From a virus (lineage: Duplodnaviria; Caudoviricetes), in IMG/VR virus record IMGVR_UViG_3300008740_000001, positions 96,001-160,000 of that record: a stretch of 64,000 bases of DNA; one strand, written 5' to 3'. Positions 18,256 through 28,522 of the stretch are shown one piece after another (the stretch's first letter is position 1; each line of letters opens with the position of its first letter). Both the position numbers and the translations under genes were made by a program. The notes beneath the pieces are model-generated. The model worked only from the letters and a program-made list of their open reading frames with translations. It had not been told where the DNA came from and searched no databases.

Positions 18256-20676
18256 ATGGCTTATAAATTTCAATTAGGATCCGCTGTTCTCAGTGGTTCC
18301 ATTACACAGGAAGGTGACATTACTGGTTCATTCGACCTGTCTATCGCCACAGGTGGTACCATCGGCTGTGCAGCCGATAAAGACCTGATGACGCTCACAG
18401 ACGGCGTTGTCACCGTTGCCGGCGAGGTCTCTATGACCACGCTCGACATTGGTGGCACCAATGTTACGTCCACTGCCACCGAGCTTAACTTGCTCGACGC
18501 AATTACTAGAGGTTCTATCCTTTATGGAAACGCTTCCGGCGCCACGGCCCGGTTGGCAAAAGGTAGCGCGAACACGGTACTTTCATCCGATGGTACTGAC
18601 ATTGCGTACAGTACTGTTAGCAACGACATGCTCGCAGGCTCGATTGGCGCAGGCAAACTCGCAGGTGCTATTCCTGACAGCAAGCTGCAAACGATTGCTA
18701 CTGCAGGCAAAGTGGCACTCACCGCTCTTGAGATCGACGGTGGTACCGACATAAACGGCGCGCTCGCTGATGCAGATTTGATTATTATTGACGACGGTGC
18801 TGGCGGAACCAACAAATACTCTGCAATGTCCAGAGTCAAGACCTATGTGGCTGATCTGACGCTCACAACTGCCGCACAAACCAACATTACTTCTGTTGGC
18901 AACCTCGCCGGCGGCACTATCGCTAGCGGCTTCGGCGCAATCGATAACGGCACCAGCGGCATCACCTCGTCCGGCGTGCTTAAGCAGTCTGCCGACCTCG
19001 CCGCAGCCCCGAGCACTTCTCAGGCCGTCGCAGGTCAAGCAGGCTCAATCACTTTAGGTGTCGGCGCGGATGCTGGTATCGGTGTTCACAATGATCACCT
19101 TTACATTGAGAACAATACTGACACGAAGGATATTATCTTCAGAGTCCACGATGGCACTGATTATGATGACATCTTCTCGGTTGGTGGTATGGGCCTCGAA
19201 GTGGGCGACACCACGCCATTCATCTTCGGTGCATCTGAAGACTTTGCCTTGTCATGGGACGGCAGCGGCGGCGCATTCGTGATGAAAGCAAACGTCGAAG
19301 ATCAGCCTTTCGTAATGGACTGGCAATCCGACCAAGGCGATGACGCTGCGGACGCGTGGAGGTGGAGCATCAACAAAACCTCTGGAGTTATGACACTGGC
19401 CAGCAAGATTGACGGCGACTTCGACGACGTGCTGGTACAGCACACTCCCAATAATACCTTGGCCGATTCGATCAGCGCCTTCGGAGGCTCTGTTACCGTT
19501 GGTAAGGATCTCACCGTGACTGGCAACCTTACTATCAATGGAACAACAACCACTGTCGATACCACAAACATGCTGGTCAAAGATAGTTTGATTGGTTTAA
19601 ACGAAGGTGCCAGTTCTAACGCAAACGACTGCGGATTCATCATTGAACGTGGTTCAACTGGTAACAACGCTGCATTCATTTGGGACGAGTCTGCTGACAA
19701 GTTCACAATGGGCTTAACCACCGATTTGCCGAGCGCCACTGGTGACCTTACCGTCACTGCTGGTACACTTGTTGTAGGTACTTTAGAGGGTGACGTAACT
19801 GGTGATTTGACTGGTACCGTCCAGACCGCTGCACAAACCAACATTACAAGTCTTGGTACACTTACTGCACTTACTGTTGATCAAATTGCTATGGACGGCA
19901 AGGTCATGACCATGACCGGCAACACCGGTGATACTGCAGTCTTTACTGTAGGTACCAACGGCGACCTGAGTATCGTAACGACTGACACGGCCGCAGCCGC
20001 TGCTAACATCGCCATCACCGCAGATGGTACGGCAGAACTTGCTGGCACTACGGTCACCCTGAACTCCGGCGGTGGCGTTACTATTGATGCAGACAACGGA
20101 ACCATCACCTTTGCGGATGGTGGCGTATCTCTGGGAACGATCACATCGTCTGGATACTCCGGTGCTGCCGCTAGCGCGGCAACTGCGACTGTTGCTACAA
20201 CAGTGACAGTTTCAGACAACGAGTCTACAGCTGAGAATAACGCAATTCTCTTTGCCGCTGGCGCAGCCGGTTCTGGTAATGTTGGTGTTGAAGCCGATGC
20301 CGGCGATCTCCACTACAACCCCAGCACTGGTTTGTTGACGGCACCGGTCTTCTCCGGCGCTGTGCTGGCTAGCCTGAATTTTGTTGCTGTGGCTTCGTTG
20401 GGGAACGATTTCGCAAATGCCTACGCTCTGCAAGCCGGTAAGTATAACGTAGTCGATGGCGACCTTGATGCAAATCACTACGTGAAGCTTCCCAGCGGCG
20501 CCGCCGTTGGCGACCTAGTTCATGTTAAGCTGGAAGGAGCCGGCGGGTTCAAACTGTTCATTGAGTCTTATGCAGATGCTGTCAAGATTGATGGAGGCGA
20601 CTCCATTGTTCTCGAATCAGACTATGCTGCGGTCACATTGATTCAGGCTGACACCAACGATTGGCGAGTATTCTAA
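18256..20676 (+). CDS. Long fibre/decoration protein, shared C-terminal module
   Basis: 806 aa; AAQTNITS repeated; C-terminal KLP...KIDGGDSIVLESDYAA...W module. Confidence 0.7.
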   Translation: MAYKFQLGSAVLSGSITQEGDITGSFDLSIATGGTIGCAADKDLMTLTDGVVTVAGEVSMTTLDIGGTNVTSTATELNLLDAITRGSILYGNASGATARLAKGSANTVLSSDGTDIAYSTVSNDMLAGSIGAGKLAGAIPDSKLQTIATAGKVALTALEIDGGTDINGALADADLIIIDDGAGGTNKYSAMSRVKTYVADLTLTTAAQTNITSVGNLAGGTIASGFGAIDNGTSGITSSGVLKQSADLAAAPSTSQAVAGQAGSITLGVGADAGIGVHNDHLYIENNTDTKDIIFRVHDGTDYDDIFSVGGMGLEVGDTTPFIFGASEDFALSWDGSGGAFVMKANVEDQPFVMDWQSDQGDDAADAWRWSINKTSGVMTLASKIDGDFDDVLVQHTPNNTLADSISAFGGSVTVGKDLTVTGNLTINGTTTTVDTTNMLVKDSLIGLNEGASSNANDCGFIIERGSTGNNAAFIWDESADKFTMGLTTDLPSATGDLTVTAGTLVVGTLEGDVTGDLTGTVQTAAQTNITSLGTLTALTVDQIAMDGKVMTMTGNTGDTAVFTVGTNGDLSIVTTDTAAAAANIAITADGTAELAGTTVTLNSGGGVTIDADNGTITFADGGVSLGTITSSGYSGAAASAATATVATTVTVSDNESTAENNAILFAAGAAGSGNVGVEADAGDLHYNPSTGLLTAPVFSGAVLASLNFVAVASLGNDFANAYALQAGKYNVVDGDLDANHYVKLPSGAAVGDLVHVKLEGAGGFKLFIESYADAVKIDGGDSIVLESDYAAVTLIQADTNDWRVF

Positions 20677-20715
20677 GATACCCTTGGATTCTTACGAATC
20701 TCGACTCTATTTACT

Positions 20716-20745
20716 GGGGGCCCTCTTCGGGGGGCCTCCTTTTTA
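20716..20745 (+). terminator. Rho-independent terminator
   Basis: GGGGGCCCTC-TTCG-GGGGGCCTCC stem with cUUCGg tetraloop followed by T tract. Confidence 0.9.
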
Positions 20746-20812
20746 TTTTGGCGGATTTGTTAACACTCTACTATTTATAAAAGAACCTTAGAAGTGTCTT
20801 GGAAGGTATTAA

Positions 20813-23299
20813 ATGTCATATAACTTAATGTCAGGTAGCGTAGAGTTCATCGGTGATACTCTCGGCCAAGTAGAAGATATTGTAAACGTGCACACAGCAC
20901 AGACTATTAGTGGTGCAAAAACGTTTAACAACATCACCGCATCCGGCGGAAACCCGGTTGGGCTCACTGTCGTGGGCCAACTTTCAATAGATCAGGATAT
21001 TATCCACGCCGGCGATAACGATACTAAACTCAATTTTCCCGGCGCCAATGAAGTCCGCCTTTATGCGGGAAATCAGAATTTCCTTCAAGTCAAGGACACT
21101 ACAGGGGTTGATATCAACAAAGCCGCAGATGACACCGGACATTTCACTTGGTGGGCGAAAAGTACTTTTAATTCTAAACAGTTCTATCTAGACGCAGATC
21201 TTGGCACGGTTTCCATCGGAGGTGCCACACCACTAGATGATAGTGTTAAGGTTCATATTTCTGGAAGCGCCGGAGCAGCTGAAGATCCAATTCCGGCCCT
21301 GTTAGCTGTTGGTGACAGAAAACATCCTGTTCTAGCTGTTTCTGGAAATGTGTACGGTCGCGGCGCGAGCGACTGGAAGATCGAGATGTCGGGCGTGTTA
21401 AAGACAAACAGGCCTATTCTGCTCGAAGGCCCAAGTGCCAATCTTGTTTCAGCGGGCCCCATTAGTGCGTCTATTGTACAAGCCAGCCAACTCTCTGGGG
21501 CCCTCAATAATCTTGATTCGCAGTCACTATATTACATGAATGCAGGATCCCCCGGAGCAGAAAAGTATCTAGCAGTGAAACTGGATGCCGATGAGGGTCT
21601 TACCAAAACTGCTTCTGGTCTTGCGCTAGACATCCACAGCATAGCCACAGTGGGCTCTATTAATACGAGCACATCGGGACAAGATTTTATTGCAATTTCG
21701 GATAACGACGATAGCAACTCTATAAAGAAAATGGGCGTTGGTTCTCTTCTCGCCCTCACTATGGATCCTTCAGTAAACAACCTAGGTTCAGGAGGCCAAG
21801 TTGCTAAAACAGTCACAACCCGCGTACCTCAGTTTAGGTCGATTGTCGGCGGAACCGGAATTACTGTTGCGACAAACACTAACGACCTTACTATTAATGC
21901 TGCAGTTGCCGGCGCCGGCGGTGATCATGGAATGGTTACTTATAACTATACCGGCTCTACCACTGGAGCCGCATGGTTACGTTATGATCCTACTCCGAAT
22001 GATCCTACATCAATCTGGGCATCTGGCAATCCCGCGAAAAGCCATGTTCCTGAAGCAGTTAACGGAACTTTTCAAGTTGGTGATTCGGGGTTCTTGACGG
22101 CTTTTACTGGTTCGGTACACGTCACCGGCGCCGCCGCACTGGGCGACAATACCGTCCTTTTCGACGTGTCAAGCAACACGGTGCCTTCAATATTCTTTGT
22201 GAGCGCCTCTTCCAACGCTGGATACGTCGGGATTGGCGGGGATGGTCTCCATGTACCGGCCCACACTCTTTCTGTAAAAGGTAATGTTAATGTCACAAGC
22301 TTTGTGTCCGCCTCCGGCTTCTCTGGCGATGGATCGAACCTTGCAAACGTTCCCATCACGCCCGCAGGCCCAGCCAATGCGCTGCAGCTAAACCAATCTG
22401 GCAGCATCGGAGGATCCGGCGATCTTCTGTTGAAAAGGACAGAGACTCCAGCCCAGAGCGAGATGAGTCTAATAGGTAATTTGACTTGTACAAGTTTCGT
22501 TTCAGCCTCTGGTTTCGCCGGCGATGGTTCAAACATCACAGGCCTACCCGCGTCTGTCGCTGGTCCGCATAACTCAATTCAGGTTAATCGCAGCGGTTCT
22601 CTCCATGGCGATCCCATGTTTAAGGCTATAGCTGCAACTGCACCCGGCGGTGGCGACGAGGTTAGATTGTTCCTTACGGGTACCCTTACAGCCACAGAGG
22701 TTTCTTCTTCTGGAGGATTCAAAGCTGGTGGTTTCGGCGGGAATAACGCTTCTTATGACTTGTATAATTTGGGCGGGGCCAAGATTGCCGATCTTAGACT
22801 TTGGGACGGCGCCGCCCTGACTCTTTATGATTCCGGCAACGCGAGAGCACAACTGGCAATCGGCATGGAGAGCGACGGCCAGCTACAACTAAAAACTCAA
22901 GGTGGTCAAACTTACTTCCATGCATCAGAAATGGACACCATAATCAGCGGAAGCGCCATCCGGCTTCAAGGCGCCGTCCATGTGAATTCGAGCATCAAAA
23001 CTGCCAATTATATCCTTGATGTAGAAGATCGAGTGGTAATCTTTAATTCACCGCATGGCCTCACCGCCTCCTTGCCAAAAATCACAGCGGAAAATGTCGG
23101 AGTTGTATATACTATCAAGAATATTAATACGGGCGCCGTTAAGATAACCGGAAGTGGTGATCCGCCTCTTGGTCCACAGAATATTGACGGAAATGAGTAC
23201 GTAACAATTCCCCAGACATCAGGGATGGGCAAATACAGGACCGTAACGGCTGTTGATACGGGAGCGGACTACGATTGGATCATCATTGGCGAGAACTAA
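20813..23299 (+). CDS. Long fibre/decoration protein, shared C-terminal module
   Basis: 828 aa; duplicated TSFVSASGF(S/A)GDGSN; C-terminal SLP...G..YTIKN...IDG...W module. Confidence 0.68.
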   Translation: MSYNLMSGSVEFIGDTLGQVEDIVNVHTAQTISGAKTFNNITASGGNPVGLTVVGQLSIDQDIIHAGDNDTKLNFPGANEVRLYAGNQNFLQVKDTTGVDINKAADDTGHFTWWAKSTFNSKQFYLDADLGTVSIGGATPLDDSVKVHISGSAGAAEDPIPALLAVGDRKHPVLAVSGNVYGRGASDWKIEMSGVLKTNRPILLEGPSANLVSAGPISASIVQASQLSGALNNLDSQSLYYMNAGSPGAEKYLAVKLDADEGLTKTASGLALDIHSIATVGSINTSTSGQDFIAISDNDDSNSIKKMGVGSLLALTMDPSVNNLGSGGQVAKTVTTRVPQFRSIVGGTGITVATNTNDLTINAAVAGAGGDHGMVTYNYTGSTTGAAWLRYDPTPNDPTSIWASGNPAKSHVPEAVNGTFQVGDSGFLTAFTGSVHVTGAAALGDNTVLFDVSSNTVPSIFFVSASSNAGYVGIGGDGLHVPAHTLSVKGNVNVTSFVSASGFSGDGSNLANVPITPAGPANALQLNQSGSIGGSGDLLLKRTETPAQSEMSLIGNLTCTSFVSASGFAGDGSNITGLPASVAGPHNSIQVNRSGSLHGDPMFKAIAATAPGGGDEVRLFLTGTLTATEVSSSGGFKAGGFGGNNASYDLYNLGGAKIADLRLWDGAALTLYDSGNARAQLAIGMESDGQLQLKTQGGQTYFHASEMDTIISGSAIRLQGAVHVNSSIKTANYILDVEDRVVIFNSPHGLTASLPKITAENVGVVYTIKNINTGAVKITGSGDPPLGPQNIDGNEYVTIPQTSGMGKYRTVTAVDTGADYDWIIIGEN

Positions 23300-23383
23300 A
23301 ACATAGTGCAAAAATGTCATTTACAGTTTTTACTTACTATTTAAAAGATGAAGAAATCTAATTTTGTTACTAGGAGTATTTGA

Positions 23384-24433
23384 ATGTCTTCGTTGTTAGA
23401 ACAGGCTATTATAGACGCTACCGCGCTTAAAGAGGCGGCCTTAAAAAATGCCGAAACGGCTGTGTTGGAAAAGTATGCCCCCGAAGTCAAGAAGGCTGTC
23501 GAGTCCCTCTTGGAGCAAGAGGTTGATCCGATGGCAGATCCAATGGCTATGGGTGCACCTCCGGCCGACATGGGAATGGAGACAGATGTTGACGCGCCCT
23601 TAGCAGCTACAGATGGAGAAGAGATGTGCCCATGCCCCGATGACGGTGAAGAGCAGGAGATTGAAGTGAACTTTGCAGAACTTGAAAAGATGATTTCTGG
23701 AGATCAGGAGCCGGCCGAAGATCAGCAAGATCTGGCTGCTGCAATTCCGGTCCAAGAAGAAATTGAACTCTCCGAAGATGTTCTTGATGCCCTGCTCAGC
23801 GAGGTAGGCAACGATTGTACAGCAGAAAACGACGACGGACAGGAACAAGAGGAACTTGAAGAGTCAGACGCGTCAGACGAAAACCTCGAAGAGTCCCTAG
23901 AAGACATCATAGAAAAGATGGTTGTCGACATGGCCTCCAGAAAAACTGGTTGGCTAGGCGCAGCCGAAGGCGAAATTGCACACGAAGCTGAGCTTGAGTT
24001 AGCTCGTCGCCAATCCACAGAATTTAAAGAAGAGAACGCAGCGCTCAAGAAGGCAGTTGCAGATTTGCAGGAAAAGCTTACTAAGTATGAAGCCACGTTC
24101 TCTCAAGTGAAAACCAAATTAGAAGAAACCAATCTTACAAACGCAAGATTATTATACGCGAACCGTATTTTGAACAGCAGCTCCTTGAATGAGCGGCAAA
24201 AGAACAAAATTGTTGAAGCTATTTCAAAGGCAGGTTCAGTTAAAGAAGCAAAGGTTATTTATGAGACCCTTCAAGACACAGTGGGTTCTGCGCCGGATCG
24301 ACGCGGACCACAATCACTGCGTGAGGCAGTCACCAGACCTTCTTCTATAATGTCTCTTCGGGAAAACCGAAACAGGCAAAATTCTGATCCACAAGCTGAG
24401 AGAATGCAAATTCTCGCAGGAATTAAAAAATAA
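23384..24433 (+). CDS. Prohead core scaffolding protein (T4 gp22-like position)
   Basis: Acidic coiled-coil ORF immediately before the capsid gene; NARLLYANR..LNERQKNKIVE..AGSVKEAKVIYETL and RMQILAGI C-terminus. Confidence 0.75.
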   Translation: MSSLLEQAIIDATALKEAALKNAETAVLEKYAPEVKKAVESLLEQEVDPMADPMAMGAPPADMGMETDVDAPLAATDGEEMCPCPDDGEEQEIEVNFAELEKMISGDQEPAEDQQDLAAAIPVQEEIELSEDVLDALLSEVGNDCTAENDDGQEQEELEESDASDENLEESLEDIIEKMVVDMASRKTGWLGAAEGEIAHEAELELARRQSTEFKEENAALKKAVADLQEKLTKYEATFSQVKTKLEETNLTNARLLYANRILNSSSLNERQKNKIVEAISKAGSVKEAKVIYETLQDTVGSAPDRRGPQSLREAVTRPSSIMSLRENRNRQNSDPQAERMQILAGIKK

Positions 24434-24459
24434 CATAACATTCAAGGAGAAAATTAATA

Positions 24460-26304
24460 ATGTCTATTTTAACAAAATTAACTGAAGGCATCGTTGATCG
24501 TGATCTCTCTAAAGAATCGCACGCACTTCTGACGAAGTGGGAGCGTACTGGTCTTCTTGAAGGTTTGACCGATGACCGTTCGCGGTCGTCGATGGCCCGC
24601 TTGCTTGAGAACCAAGCCAAAGAGTTACTTCGTGAGGCATCTGCTATGTCCGCAGGTGACGTTGAAGGTTTTGCCGCTGTGGCATTCCCCATCGTCCGAC
24701 GCGTATTTGCAGGTCTGATCGCTAACGATTTGGTTTCAGTTCAGCCAATGAGCTTGCCATCCGGTCTCATCTTCTTCTTAGACTTTAAGTTCAGCCCCAA
24801 CATCTCAGATGCGAACGATCTTTCTACAGATACGCGAATCACCGGTATGTTCGGTCAAACTAACGATAAGTCCATTTATGGTACTGATCAGGTCGGTAGC
24901 CAGATTACTGGTGGTGTCGATCTAGTCGGATCTCAAGGTGAAGACCTTAGTGGTCCGCGCACGACGGTAGGTTACGCTTATGGCGCATCCTCCGGTTCGT
25001 GTACGCTTCCCAATGGAACGGCAGCTGCTTCGCACATGCGTGCATCTTTCGGTATTTCCACTTCCACGGAAGCTCAGAAGAAGCTGGTTCTTTATGATCC
25101 AGACCTTATGGCCCTTTCCGGCTCTAGTACTGCGCGTGGCGTTGCTATTATCTCGGTTGCCAAGGCCAGTCTTACCGGTTCTAATGGTATTTCTGCTGAC
25201 TTTGACAACTTAGGTGCAATCAGTCTGCATGGTATCTCTAGTGTTACCGGTCTCGGTTCGGGCGCTAAGCTCGTCCGTCGCCTCACCCGTCCAGATCCAG
25301 ATCAGAAGGATCGTATTCTGTTCACCATTGTTGGTGCTTCTGGTTCTAGCGGTGTTTACGTCAACGGCTCCCCCGCCGCCGGCGTGCAGGTTGCGGCCTC
25401 CGGTGCTGTTGTTGCTGGTACAGCAATGACTGCTCGTTTCCCGATCAAGGATAACCTTACGTCGTCTACGGCGCTTGGTTCCGTTGTCGGTGCAACTCCG
25501 TGGGGACTTGAGAACGAGGCCTCGATCCCTGAGATCGACATTCAGGTGGACAGTATTGCTGTTACCGCGCAGACCAAGAAGCTCAAGGCTAAGTGGACGC
25601 CAGAGTTGGGACAGGATCTTAATGCCTATCACAACCTTGACGCCGAAGTCGAGCTTACCAGCATTCTCTCTGAGCAGATCGCTCTTGAGATTGATCGCGA
25701 GATCCTTGCTGACTTGATCCGTGGCGCCAGCGCTGCTACCTACTACTGGTCCCGTTCCCCGGGCATGTTCCTTAACAGGACTTCCGGTCAAGAGGTTGGT
25801 GCTAGCTCTGCTGCTCCTGACTTCACGGGTACAGTGTCTGAATGGTATGAGACTCTTGTCGAGACCGTTAATGATGTGTCTGCACAGATCCACCGTAAGA
25901 CTCTACGGGGTGGAGCAAACTTCTTGGTGACTTCACCAGAGGTTGCAAACATCCTTGAGTTCACCGCTGGGTTCCGCGCTAGCGTGACTGCAGATGATGA
26001 TCGTGGCACCGTTGGTGCTGTCAAGGTTGGTTCCTTGAGCAAGAAGTGGGATGTCCATGTTGACCCCTACTTCCCACGTAACGTCGTCTTGGTTGGTCGT
26101 CGTGGCGGTAGCTTCCTCGAAAGTGGCTACGTTTACGCCCCATACGTCCCGCTGCAGGTCACTCCTACCATCTTTGGCCCCGAAGACTTCGTGCCCCGTA
26201 AGGGCGTGATGACTCGTTATGCCAAGAAGATGGTTAGACCAGATATGTATGGTCTAGTCGTGGTTCGTGGCTTGGTTGGTGAGTCTGGTCAGAAGACTAG
26301 TTAA
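24460..26304 (+). CDS. Major capsid protein (T4 gp23-like) with large insertion
   Basis: LVSVQPMSLPSGLIFF, KLKAKWTPELGQDL.AYH.LDAE.EL..ILSEQI.LEIDREI, YAPYVPL, GVMTRY motifs. Confidence 0.95.
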   Translation: MSILTKLTEGIVDRDLSKESHALLTKWERTGLLEGLTDDRSRSSMARLLENQAKELLREASAMSAGDVEGFAAVAFPIVRRVFAGLIANDLVSVQPMSLPSGLIFFLDFKFSPNISDANDLSTDTRITGMFGQTNDKSIYGTDQVGSQITGGVDLVGSQGEDLSGPRTTVGYAYGASSGSCTLPNGTAAASHMRASFGISTSTEAQKKLVLYDPDLMALSGSSTARGVAIISVAKASLTGSNGISADFDNLGAISLHGISSVTGLGSGAKLVRRLTRPDPDQKDRILFTIVGASGSSGVYVNGSPAAGVQVAASGAVVAGTAMTARFPIKDNLTSSTALGSVVGATPWGLENEASIPEIDIQVDSIAVTAQTKKLKAKWTPELGQDLNAYHNLDAEVELTSILSEQIALEIDREILADLIRGASAATYYWSRSPGMFLNRTSGQEVGASSAAPDFTGTVSEWYETLVETVNDVSAQIHRKTLRGGANFLVTSPEVANILEFTAGFRASVTADDDRGTVGAVKVGSLSKKWDVHVDPYFPRNVVLVGRRGGSFLESGYVYAPYVPLQVTPTIFGPEDFVPRKGVMTRYAKKMVRPDMYGLVVVRGLVGESGQKTS

Positions 26305-26329
26305 TAACTCTAGCCAATAGCGATAAAGT

Positions 26330-26368
26330 AAAGCCCTCTTCCAGAATTCTGGGAGGGGGCTTTCTTTG
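26330..26368 (+). terminator. Rho-independent terminator after capsid gene
   Basis: AAAGCCCTCTTCCAG...CTGGGAGGGGGCTTT inverted repeat followed by TCTTT. Confidence 0.8.
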
Positions 26369-26474
26369 TAAAAACACCGATCTGCCAAAAAATACCGCCG
26401 GCAATTTTTTGAGATTTTTGGTTTTGTGAATTTTCAAACTACTTATATAAACAAACCACATAAGGAGATCCCCC

Positions 26475-26714
26475 ATGGGAAAGAAGAGAAAGATAATTGC
26501 ATATCCGCAGAAGTATGGACGTAAATACAAGTATTTGGCCCCGTCAGAGCCAGTAGAGGCCCCAGAGCCTGAGCCGGTTGTTGAACAGGCCCCAGAGCCT
26601 GCACCCGCACCAGCGCCGAAAGCGCCTGCACCTGCTCGCTCCACAAGGGCAAAGAGAGCAGTTAAGCCTAGGACTTCACGCGCCGCAAAAACAGAAACTA
26701 CAGAGACAGAGTAA
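26475..26714 (+). CDS. Small basic/Pro-rich protein
   Basis: SD AAGGAG; K/R-rich ends with a central (EP)n/(AP)n linker. Confidence 0.65.
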   Translation: MGKKRKIIAYPQKYGRKYKYLAPSEPVEAPEPEPVVEQAPEPAPAPAPKAPAPARSTRAKRAVKPRTSRAAKTETTETE

Positions 26715-26766
26715 AACCAGCCGGTTTCCTGATTCCCTAACTACTTATGTCTAGGAGGAACTATGC

Positions 26767-28020
26767 ATGGCTGTGCCTACCTTAACCCCTGCTAGTAATA
26801 CTAGTGCTTCAAGACTGCCAGTAACGGGTAACGTTAGTAGCGTATCCGCAGCTTTGCCTTTTGGTATTTATTCGGCTAACACGGATTTTCTGTCTGGTGC
26901 AGCCGAACAAGTAGCTTATACTTATAAAAAGCTGGGCGGTGATATTCTTGACATAGAGCTTAAAGCAGACAACGTATATGCCAACTACGAAGAGGCATGT
27001 TTAGAATATTCGTATCTTATCAATACCCATCAGGCAAAGAATGTATTATCTGATATATTGGGGTATACAACAGGCACGTTTGACCACGACGGGAGCCTAA
27101 AAACAGGTCCCAGTAATTTAAATCTAAAGTATCCCAGATTTGAGTTTGCATATGCGCGCCGAGTAACAGATGCTATTTCAACAGAGGCCGGCTCGACAGG
27201 TGGCGTTCTCACTGAATATTCCGCCAGCTTTACTTTGGAGAATGCGAAGCAGGATTACGATCTGCAGACAATTATCTCATCTTCCGCAACTGACTCCGAT
27301 TCACCGTTTTATAACGCAGTTGGGAACAACAAGGTTACTATTCGTAGAGTTTATTATGTTTCCCCCCGCGCAATGTGGAGATTTTTTGGCTATTATGGCG
27401 GTGTAAGCGTTGTCGGCAACTTTAATACATATGGACAGTTTGCTGATGACTCGACTTTCGAGATTATTCCAACTTGGCAAAACAAGGCGCAGGCTATACA
27501 ATATGAAGACTCTATTTACACCCGTACATCGCACTATGCATATGAGATTGTCAATAATAAATTGAGACTTTATCCAGTTCCGTCCCAAGATTTCTCCCCG
27601 GGAAAAATGTGGGTTACTTTTACGATCAAGAAGGATCCTTGGGAAGAATATTCGGATAGAAAATCTGGTATTGGAGGAGTAAACAACGTTAATACGGCTC
27701 CGTTTGATAACATACCATACCAGAATATTAACGCTATTGGAAAACAGTGGATCCGGCGTTATGCGCTAGCCCTCTCAAAAGAGACTTTGGGTCAAGTAAG
27801 AGGTAAGTTTAGTACAGTTCCGATTCCGGGCGAAGCGGTAACCTTGAATCATTCGGAACTTTTGTCGCAAGCAAAAGAGGAGCAGGAGAAATTAAGAACG
27901 GAACTTAAAGAAGTGTTGGATCAGCTAACTTACAGTGCGCTAATGGAGGATGACGCCAAAATCGCAGAATCCGCCGGCCAGATTAATAGTGCGATTCCAA
28001 TGAAGATCTTTGTGGGGTAG
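26767..28020 (+). CDS. Neck protein (T4 gp13-like)
   Basis: C-terminal WIRRYALALSKETLGQVRGKF..PIPG..VTLN...AKEEQEKLR motif; position after capsid. Confidence 0.8.
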   Translation: MAVPTLTPASNTSASRLPVTGNVSSVSAALPFGIYSANTDFLSGAAEQVAYTYKKLGGDILDIELKADNVYANYEEACLEYSYLINTHQAKNVLSDILGYTTGTFDHDGSLKTGPSNLNLKYPRFEFAYARRVTDAISTEAGSTGGVLTEYSASFTLENAKQDYDLQTIISSSATDSDSPFYNAVGNNKVTIRRVYYVSPRAMWRFFGYYGGVSVVGNFNTYGQFADDSTFEIIPTWQNKAQAIQYEDSIYTRTSHYAYEIVNNKLRLYPVPSQDFSPGKMWVTFTIKKDPWEEYSDRKSGIGGVNNVNTAPFDNIPYQNINAIGKQWIRRYALALSKETLGQVRGKFSTVPIPGEAVTLNHSELLSQAKEEQEKLRTELKEVLDQLTYSALMEDDAKIAESAGQINSAIPMKIFVG

Positions 28021-28024
28021 GTAA

Positions 28025-28522
28025 ATGGCAGATGATAACAACAAATGGAAACAGCCTGCAGCACCACCGCCGCCTTTATTTACTGGAAAGCCCGAAAGGG
28101 ACTTAGTAAAACAGGTAAATGACGAACTGATTGAGAGAGTCATTGGCCAGACTGTTGTATATTACCCTATTGACATCGAACACACAAATTTCCATGATTT
28201 ATATGGTGAAGCGTTACGAAAAAGCTTCTTGCCTCCGGTAAGGGTTTACGCTTTGGTTGAGTTTGAGGGCATCAAGACAACATACACGCCCGGTATTGGG
28301 ATTGATAAAGAAGCCGGGATTATAGTTCACTTTCATAAGCGTAGATTGACCGAGGACCAAAATTTATATGTCCGCGAGGGAGATTTCTTGTTATATGGAG
28401 ATATTTACTACGAGATTGTGACGTTAACAGAGCCAAAACAGCTTTTTGGACAGATTGATCACCGAATTGAGATTTCGGCAAAGTGCATCAAGGCACGCGA
28501 GGGTATTTTTGATGGGAACTAA
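28025..28522 (+). CDS. Neck/head-completion protein (T4 gp14-like)
   Basis: GQ.V.YYP....LYGE motif and REGD beta-barrel pattern; synteny. Confidence 0.65.
   Translation: MADDNNKWKQPAAPPPPLFTGKPERDLVKQVNDELIERVIGQTVVYYPIDIEHTNFHDLYGEALRKSFLPPVRVYALVEFEGIKTTYTPGIGIDKEAGIIVHFHKRRLTEDQNLYVREGDFLLYGDIYYEIVTLTEPKQLFGQIDHRIEISAKCIKAREGIFDGN

Noticed and set aside
13223-23299. CRISPR array or diversity-generating retroelement
   Set aside because: Repeats are in-frame coding duplications with irregular spacing; no reverse transcriptase, no adenine-specific TR/VR pair, and no cas genes were recognised.
26385-26430. AAAAATACCGCCGGCAATTTTTT as a second terminator
   Set aside because: The stem is too short and imperfect to call.
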